Shown here: positions 59,301 through 64,000 of the stretch, piece after piece
Position numbering within the stretch: position 1 is the first letter of the stretch
Layout of the letters: each line of letters starts with the position of its first letter
Origin: Fidelibacterota bacterium
GTDB lineage: Bacteria; Fidelibacterota; Marinisomatia; SCGC-AAA003-L08; TS1B11
Length of the DNA: 64,000 nt
Direction of reading: 5' to 3'
Assembly (NCBI GenBank): GCA_042568495.1
Contig: JBHPIW010000011.1
Location: 8,586 to 72,585 of the forward strand
Notes under the pieces: generated by a model
Told to the model about the DNA's origin: nothing
The model's database searches: none
Seen by the model: only the letters and a program-made list of their open reading frames with translations
Made by a program: the position numbers and the translations under genes

Positions 59301-60352
59301 CCCAGATCTCCGCGGCTACGGAGTTGCTGGAGGCCAATGCGGAGCAGACATCGGGCGAGCGGTATCGGAATATTATCCTGGGTGCCGTGGAGCGCGGCAA
59401 GTCCGTGACCGATCGGATTCTAAAATTCTCGAGAAGATCCAAGCCTCAGTACGAGAGCTTTTCCATCGCTCTCCTGCTCAATGATATTGTGCATGTCCTG
59501 AGACATACCCTTCCGAAATCGATCCGCGTAAACCTGGAGACGAATAATCATGATTTCTCCGTCTGGGGAGATAAGGGGCAGCTGCATCAGGTATTCATGA
59601 ATCTATGTTTGAATGCCGCCGATGCCATGCCGAAAGACGGTGATTTAACCCTGAGCATCCGGCAGGCAAACGAGGATGAAGCTCGTCAACACGACGCTCA
59701 TCCGGAGCAGAAATTTGCGGCGGTTGGAGTCTCAGACACCGGCGCAGGGATGGATAACGAGACGATCGAGAAGATATTTAATCCCTTCTTTACCACCAAG
59801 AAAGCCGGCAAGGGGACCGGACTGGGATTGCCGATTGTCTATAGTATCATCAATGATCATAATGGATGGGTAGATGTGGCCAGCCAGCTCAAGCAGGGCA
59901 CCACCTTCACTGTTGGATTACCTCTCTCTAAGGAGCGTGCAGACCAGCTGACATCTGACTTTGAAGGAAAAAACCTCGTGGGAAATGGTGAACATATTCT
60001 GGTGGTGGATGATGAGCCCATGCTGCCGATGCTGCTAAGGGAGATTTTGGAGTCGGCAAATTATGTGGTCAGCATCGCCGAAAGTGGGGAATCCGCCTTG
60101 AAGCACATCCGGGAATCATCCGAACGCGTCGATCTCATCATAACGGATCTGGATATGCGAAACATGGGCGGGCGCGAACTGGTGGAAAGTATTCGTGGCG
60201 ATTCGTTGAAAACCCCCGTCATTGTGACCTCCGGCTATTTTGATCCGGACGAAGTGAAGGAATTAAAGAACCTGGATGTCGAGAGATTTATGAATAAGCC
60301 CTTCAAGGTGGAGGAAGTGATCAAGTTGGTGTACGAATCTTTAAGTGCCTGA
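56345..60352 (+). CDS. Multi-PAS/GAF hybrid sensor histidine kinase (at least 5 PAS/PAC modules, a GAF-like segment, HisKA, HATPase_c and a C-terminal receiver domain), cytoplasmic
   Basis: Repeated PAS cores (e.g. ...DGTIRYVNPAFENIYGFTRDEAIGE..., ...DARFVYVNEIACRSLGYSRDELLGMTVHDI..., ...DGRVLYTNEAMARIFGYDSIEEF...). H-box HLAGGIAHDFNNVLTQI, G-boxes DTGAGMD and GKGTGLGLPIVYSI, REC ILVVDDEPML...DLIITDLDM. No TM segment. Confidence 0.85.
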   Translation: MNTENFAKFSKESAQGYQDILEGIEEGYFEVDLAGNLTFFNDSMCRIADLPREKLMGMNNRDYTTPETSQKMYQAFNDIYRTGLSTKIMDYEIIRTDGTIRNLELSASLIRNHDGEPVGYRGIVRDTTERVQSMKALQESEEKFRTLSEQSPNMIFINQGGRIIYANSKCEEIMGYTKEDFYSPDFDFLTLIAPESIQTVMEVYAKHQRGEDVSPYECTLVTLDGRRIYGHHTTKLINLDGEPAIMGIITDLSERKQAEEELQKFKLGIEKTSEAVFLTDPDGTIRYVNPAFENIYGFTRDEAIGETPRIVKSGEHSPKLYKQFWETILAKKVVTGELINKTKSGELIHIEGSANPILNRQDEIIGFLAIQRDITERKRRAHEIQRRTEDVSLINDVNSALNSGKPLGEVIELLSDRIKGMYSSLGVRGAAVFLFDDTREHLVMQNLPLSTKVIRQLDKIIGRPLPQFKISNIAGSLHNEVVASGKTRMLDDARTINQWMREFVTESWISNPTLRNQLKKFAPQIRKLLGIEATLIIPLRIEDETVGLLEISSAPAFDAYDIKHLELISNQLTVAIRRKQMEDALRESEERYRSIVNASPMGIHLYHLDEQNQLIFEGANQAADQILNVDHSQFMGKTLEEAFPGNVKTNLPDGYRRIAREGGCWGRENIVYQDDQISGAFEVHAFQVGPNKIAILFTDVTERKQKEEALRLTQFSVDHSSDAAFWMGQDARFVYVNEIACRSLGYSRDELLGMTVHDIDPDFPAEVWPEHWEDLRREGSLTMISQHRKKNGQIIPVEITANFVEYGGNEYNCAFARDITERLEAEEALRESERMLREFHENAIEGIFRTTTDGRVLYTNEAMARIFGYDSIEEFKQINVFDLYQDKQDRARILKDLESLDYLQNLELHLRRRDGADVWVQENATAVRDEEGNIRWIEGFLSDITSRREAEESLRDREEELRQSQKMEAVGHLAGGIAHDFNNVLTQISAATELLEANAEQTSGERYRNIILGAVERGKSVTDRILKFSRRSKPQYESFSIALLLNDIVHVLRHTLPKSIRVNLETNNHDFSVWGDKGQLHQVFMNLCLNAADAMPKDGDLTLSIRQANEDEARQHDAHPEQKFAAVGVSDTGAGMDNETIEKIFNPFFTTKKAGKGTGLGLPIVYSIINDHNGWVDVASQLKQGTTFTVGLPLSKERADQLTSDFEGKNLVGNGEHILVVDDEPMLPMLLREILESANYVVSIAESGESALKHIRESSERVDLIITDLDMRNMGGRELVESIRGDSLKTPVIVTSGYFDPDEVKELKNLDVERFMNKPFKVEEVIKLVYESLSA

Positions 60353-60586
60353 CACAGCTGATCCCGATCCACTCCGCTTGTTTCCGGCTCTAGTGCTGAC
60401 CCCACCATTCCTTTCCGGCTAGGCCAGGTTGTGTGCATTTTAACCGTTTGGTGCATTTTTTCTATGCCAAGCCATGTAGAACCGCCTTCACGCCAGCACT
60501 TCTGATTATCACGAATTTGAATGGATATTTGTCCCCCTTCTGGATAAGTTACTCCAGTCTCTGATAATTTGGGGAGGAGTCAACTG

Positions 60587-61924
60587 ATGACGTCACCCTT
60601 GCCCGTTTTGCTGCTCGTTCCGTGGATTCTGCTGGCTCAGGAAAAGTCAGGTACGGAAGCTCACGGAATATATTCCTACGATCACTTCGAGAAACCTTCC
60701 GCGTGCCGCCCTTGTCATGTGGATATATTCTACCAATGGGAACAGGCCATGATGTCCCAGGCATACACCCATCACTGGGATGAGGTCGAATATTTCCGGC
60801 TGGCAGTACCTCACGCCGAAATCGAACCCAAGGTCGCTGAGGTGAAGGACGGCTGCAACGGCTGCCACGCACCGGCCGCCTTTATGGCCGGCGATACACC
60901 GCCGCCGCCGCCATCCGAAAACTCCCGGGCCAACGAGAGTGTCTCCTGTGATATCTGCCATACCATCAAGACCGTGGAAGCCGCAACTCCATTCAATTTC
61001 AACTATGTATCGACTCCCGGTAAAGTAAAGTACGGTGCGAAAGGTCGGGATCTATCACCGTACCACACTGTGGTGCAAAACGACTTCACCGGCACTCCCG
61101 AACTCTGCGGATCCTGCCACAATGAGCAAAATCCCTCCGGTGTCTGGGTAAAGTCTACCTACCTGGAGTGGGCAGAGGGACCCTATCCCGACCAGGGAGT
61201 CACCTGCATGACCTGCCACATGCCTAAAGCCCATGGCGTGAGTGCCATCATGGCCCAAGAGAAATCCATGGTAGCCCAACACCTGTTCCACGGCGCGCAC
61301 GACGATGGCAAGCTACGGAGTGTCGTGGAAATGCGGATGAATCCGGACGTCCGGGAAGTAGAGCCGGGAGAAACCGTGACCTTCAGCGTGCAGCTGTTCA
61401 ATGCCAAGACCGGTCACAAATTCCCCTCGGGGTCCGCGGAAGAGCGGGTGCTCTGGGTGCATGTGGAAGCCGTGGATGAGGATGGAAAGGTCTACCATCT
61501 GCCCGTGGATGCCAAGGGATTCCAGGGGGAACAGTACACTATCGCTTCTGAGGTTTTGGCCTATCGCGACATGGGTATCCCGCTCGGGATCCCGGACTTT
61601 CCCGGAATCCGCCGGGAAATGATCCCCGCCGGTGATCGCATCTTCAGGCTCCCATACCTTAATCCGGATGGAGAGATGACCATCATGCAGTGGTACACCG
61701 CCAGCCTGGGCACCGACTACCGCATCGGACCTCGTGAGACCAAGCTGGAAACCTACACCTGGCAGGTCCCGGATGATATCGCCGAGGGAAACGTGACTAT
61801 TCGGGCGGAGATGTACTACCGGAAGCTGCCCGTTTCAGTGGCTGAATTCCTTGGGGTGCCCGAAGAGGAATCGCGGGCAGTACTGGTCAACGACGCCTAC
61901 ACCTGGATCGAGATATTCTATTAA
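60587..61924 (+). CDS. Secreted pentaheme c-type cytochrome with a non-heme C-terminal domain of roughly 220 aa
   Basis: Signal peptide MTSPLPVLLLVPWILLAQE. Five CxxCH motifs (CRPCH, CNGCH, CDICH, CGSCH, CMTCH) in the first ~225 residues. GGAGGA lies 8 nt upstream of the ATG. Confidence 0.8.
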   Translation: MTSPLPVLLLVPWILLAQEKSGTEAHGIYSYDHFEKPSACRPCHVDIFYQWEQAMMSQAYTHHWDEVEYFRLAVPHAEIEPKVAEVKDGCNGCHAPAAFMAGDTPPPPPSENSRANESVSCDICHTIKTVEAATPFNFNYVSTPGKVKYGAKGRDLSPYHTVVQNDFTGTPELCGSCHNEQNPSGVWVKSTYLEWAEGPYPDQGVTCMTCHMPKAHGVSAIMAQEKSMVAQHLFHGAHDDGKLRSVVEMRMNPDVREVEPGETVTFSVQLFNAKTGHKFPSGSAEERVLWVHVEAVDEDGKVYHLPVDAKGFQGEQYTIASEVLAYRDMGIPLGIPDFPGIRREMIPAGDRIFRLPYLNPDGEMTIMQWYTASLGTDYRIGPRETKLETYTWQVPDDIAEGNVTIRAEMYYRKLPVSVAEFLGVPEEESRAVLVNDAYTWIEIFY

Positions 61925-61955
61925 GCATTTCACCACTAACCTGCGAGGGGGCCTC

Positions 61956-63167
61956 ATGAAAAATCATCCCAAACTCCCGCTCATCATTCTATTGGTTGGT
62001 GTCTTTGTCCTTCAGGTTGAGACCGCCTATGCCATTCCGGGATTTGCCCGTAAGTACGGTATGAGCTGCACCACCTGTCACACCATGTTTCCCAAGTTGA
62101 AGGAGTTCGGCGAGGAGTTCGCCGGCAACGCTTTTGTGATGGAGGGCCAGGAACCTCGCCGGGCGAACACGGACACGGGCGATGAACTGCTCCTGCTGCA
62201 GCGTGATTTCCCTGTTGCCGTCCGTTTCGATGTCTTTGCCCAGGCCCAAACAAACGACGACCATCCGGCTGCAGACTTCCAAACACCCTGGGGGGTGAAG
62301 CTGCTCTCAGGAGGCAATGTCACCGAAAAAATCGCCTACTATTTTTACTTCTACATGAGTGAGCATGGGGAAGTGGTTGGCGTGGAAGACGCCTACTTGT
62401 ACTTTTCCAATATTTTCGGGTCAGGCATTGGGGCTGCAGTAGGGCAGTTCCAGGTTTGCGATCCCCTGTTCAAGCGCGAGCTGCGCCTGACCTACGAGGA
62501 TTACCAGCTCTACAAGGTGAGAGTGGGGTATGTGCCCACCAACCTAGCGTACGACCGTGGGATCATGCTGGACTGGGGCGCACCCTGGGGCACCGACATC
62601 TTCCTGGAAGTGGTCAACGGTAACGGCATTGGTGAGTCTGAAGATGGCTATTACGACGGGGACAACTACAAGAATGTCTTTCTCCGCGCATCCCAGGGCT
62701 TCGGACCACTGCGCCTGGGAGCCTTTGGTTACCATGCTGCCAGCTCACTTAACGGGCAAGATAATATCATGCTGGCGGGAGGCCCGGATGCTACCCTGAG
62801 CGCGGGGCCACTGGAAATCAACTTCCAGTACCTCTGGCGGCAGGATGATAATCCTTATTATCAAGGAGACATCCCCGGAGATGCAACCATTACCAGTGGC
62901 AGCCTTGCGGAGGTTATCTTCTCCCCTCGCGGGGACCGCAGCCGCTGGAACCTGGTGGGAATGTATAATCAGGTCACCTCCGATGTTGTTGACAAGATAC
63001 CACTGGAGTATATTGATACATCGTACTTGTACGATATTGAGTATGAGACAGTTGCCTTGGCGGCCAATTACCTGGTGGCCCGCAACCTGCGGCTATTGGC
63101 GGAGGTGAAGTACGATCTGAAGGCTGAGCAAACCCGGTTTGTGATGGGATTTGTGGCGGCGTTCTAG
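61956..63167 (+). CDS. Cyc2-like fused monoheme cytochrome-porin: signal peptide, a single CxxCH near the mature N-terminus, and a roughly 360-aa predicted outer-membrane beta-barrel ending in Phe
   Basis: MKNHPKLPLIILLVGVFVLQVETAYA|IPGFARKYGMSCTTCHTMF... There are no further CxxCH motifs. The remainder is rich in alternating aromatic/hydrophobic beta-strand-like stretches and Gly/Asp turns, and the C-terminus ...RFVMGFVAAF is a typical OMP terminal-Phe signature. The ORF-track start at 61851 overlaps the upstream gene and is rejected. The functional assignment is by architecture only. Confidence 0.6.
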   Translation: MKNHPKLPLIILLVGVFVLQVETAYAIPGFARKYGMSCTTCHTMFPKLKEFGEEFAGNAFVMEGQEPRRANTDTGDELLLLQRDFPVAVRFDVFAQAQTNDDHPAADFQTPWGVKLLSGGNVTEKIAYYFYFYMSEHGEVVGVEDAYLYFSNIFGSGIGAAVGQFQVCDPLFKRELRLTYEDYQLYKVRVGYVPTNLAYDRGIMLDWGAPWGTDIFLEVVNGNGIGESEDGYYDGDNYKNVFLRASQGFGPLRLGAFGYHAASSLNGQDNIMLAGGPDATLSAGPLEINFQYLWRQDDNPYYQGDIPGDATITSGSLAEVIFSPRGDRSRWNLVGMYNQVTSDVVDKIPLEYIDTSYLYDIEYETVALAANYLVARNLRLLAEVKYDLKAEQTRFVMGFVAAF

Positions 63168-63264
63168 GATACCGCTTGCGCACCGGATGCAGGAGCAATC
63201 GCTCCCGGGTGACTACAGTGACGACTGGACTCTACATTCAGTTCCTTGAGAGCCAGGGTATCCC

Positions 63265-63660
63265 CTATTCCAGATAACTGACTTCATCCTGCGTGTCCCG
63301 CGTTCCAATGGCAAGGAAGATGCAGTCTTCCTCCGCATCATTCCGCATCTGATGAGCCGGTCCCCCCGGTAACACGGCTACTGCATCGCCGGGGCCAAGA
63401 GAATACTGCTCCTTGCCCCATCGCAGGGTTGCCTGCCCTTCCAATAACAGGAAGAACTCCTCCTCCAACGAGTGGGTATGGAATGTTGAGGATATCTGGC
63501 CTTTTTTAAGACGGCAATAGTTGACACCGATCCTCTCTGCCCCCGTAGCCTTACCCAGGCGGCGGCGGGTGCGGAAGCGCATAGAAGGTTTGTCCAGATA
63601 ATGAGCCTCCTCATGGACCTCATCCAGGTTTTTAATGAAATCTGGTCGGTTATCATTCAT
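63265..63660 (-). CDS. Cupin-domain protein
   Basis: Cupin motif region ...LLLEGQATLRWGKEQYSLGPGDAVAVLPGGPAHQMRND... Confidence 0.6.
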   Translation of the reverse strand: MNDNRPDFIKNLDEVHEEAHYLDKPSMRFRTRRRLGKATGAERIGVNYCRLKKGQISSTFHTHSLEEEFFLLLEGQATLRWGKEQYSLGPGDAVAVLPGGPAHQMRNDAEEDCIFLAIGTRDTQDEVSYLE

Positions 63661-63886
63661 AAACTAGTTCCTTTCTCATGCAAAGGGTGAATCCAGGCTG
63701 AATATTCACGGGCAAGGACTTCACCCAAAAGAGCCCAACATCCCGGCGATGAGGACATATATTGATGAATAGGACGATCAGTGTCAGGAACCATTGCACC
63801 ACAGGAGATGCATGGTATTTTATTGTCGGAATGCCAAGATCGGTCCATATCGAATACCGTTGACATGCCGTGCGAATCTTGTTCAT
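63653..63886 (-). CDS. Possible small membrane protein translationally coupled to the cupin gene (ATGAATGA overlap)
   Basis: The stop overlaps the cupin start by 8 nt. There is one hydrophobic helix (VVQWFLTLIVLFINI) and no family signal. Confidence 0.25.
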   Translation of the reverse strand: MNKIRTACQRYSIWTDLGIPTIKYHASPVVQWFLTLIVLFINICPHRRDVGLFWVKSLPVNIQPGFTLCMRKELVYE

Positions 63887-64000
63887 GCTGTTGACCTATC
63901 CCTGGGGAACTTGCTGGCTATACACAGAACCAGAAGGTCGAACGTGGCAGGATTCCTTCGGATTCGACTCCTGCCAAGTGCGCCAGAGTAGCGATTACCA

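Noticed and set aside
61851-61955. Upstream start (MGCPKRNRGQYW...) for the Cyc2-like gene
   Set aside because: It overlaps the 3' end of the pentaheme cytochrome gene and lacks signal-peptide character. The Met at 61956 is followed by a canonical signal peptide.

Overview
This 64 kb window looks like chromosomal DNA, roughly 55% GC by eye, from an anaerobic or microaerophilic Gram-negative bacterium. FCB-group characteristics (Bacteroidetes, Ignavibacteria, Chlorobi and relatives): one protein ends in a type-A T9SS C-terminal sorting domain (...YPNPFNPSTTIRY...GIYLARL...KLVLLK); a compact 277-aa RpoD-like primary sigma factor; SusC-like TonB-dependent receptors with carboxypeptidase-regulatory-like N-domains; an ECF-sigma/FecR/TonB-receptor cell-surface signalling set. 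Housekeeping and energy metabolism: an EtfB-EtfA operon joined to a membrane cytochrome-b/HdrD-like Fe-S oxidoreductase, the EtfAB:quinone oxidoreductase arrangement known from syntrophs; KorAB 2-oxoacid:ferredoxin oxidoreductase; FumC; an acetyl-CoA hydrolase/transferase-family enzyme; OsmC; PBP1A; FabF-FabK; two IT-superfamily anion permeases flanking a tandem-Usp gene. There is also a run of exported hydrolases: a non-canonical M16 pair, a penicillin-acylase-family Ntn hydrolase, a GDPD, and an M28 peptidase with a PDZ domain. Main findings: (1) At 56.3-63.2 kb, a 1335-aa multi-PAS/GAF hybrid histidine kinase is followed by a secreted pentaheme c-type cytochrome and a gene with Cyc2-like architecture: signal peptide, a single CTTCH about 12 residues after the predicted cleavage site, then a roughly 360-aa predicted beta-barrel ending in Phe. 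This is a candidate outer-membrane iron-oxidation or extracellular-electron-transfer module. (2) selD is a selenoprotein. The real ORF runs through an in-frame TGA (G-S-G-U-A-C-K active site) that has a SECIS-like hairpin 8 nt downstream; the ORF track truncated it at an internal GTG. (3) Several enzyme homologs have lost canonical catalytic residues: an M16 pair without HxxEH, an SRAP/YedK homolog with Cys2->Arg, and an Lpd-like flavoprotein without the CxxxxC disulfide. (4) A Tat-sulfatase remnant has its ATG changed to ATT and is truncated at 81 codons. (5) Next to tRNA-Arg(TCT) lies a decayed region carrying a duplicated fossil of a T9SS-CTD gene 3' end and TTTTGGGGAC repeats. All calls come from reading the sequence and motifs; no database searches were run.
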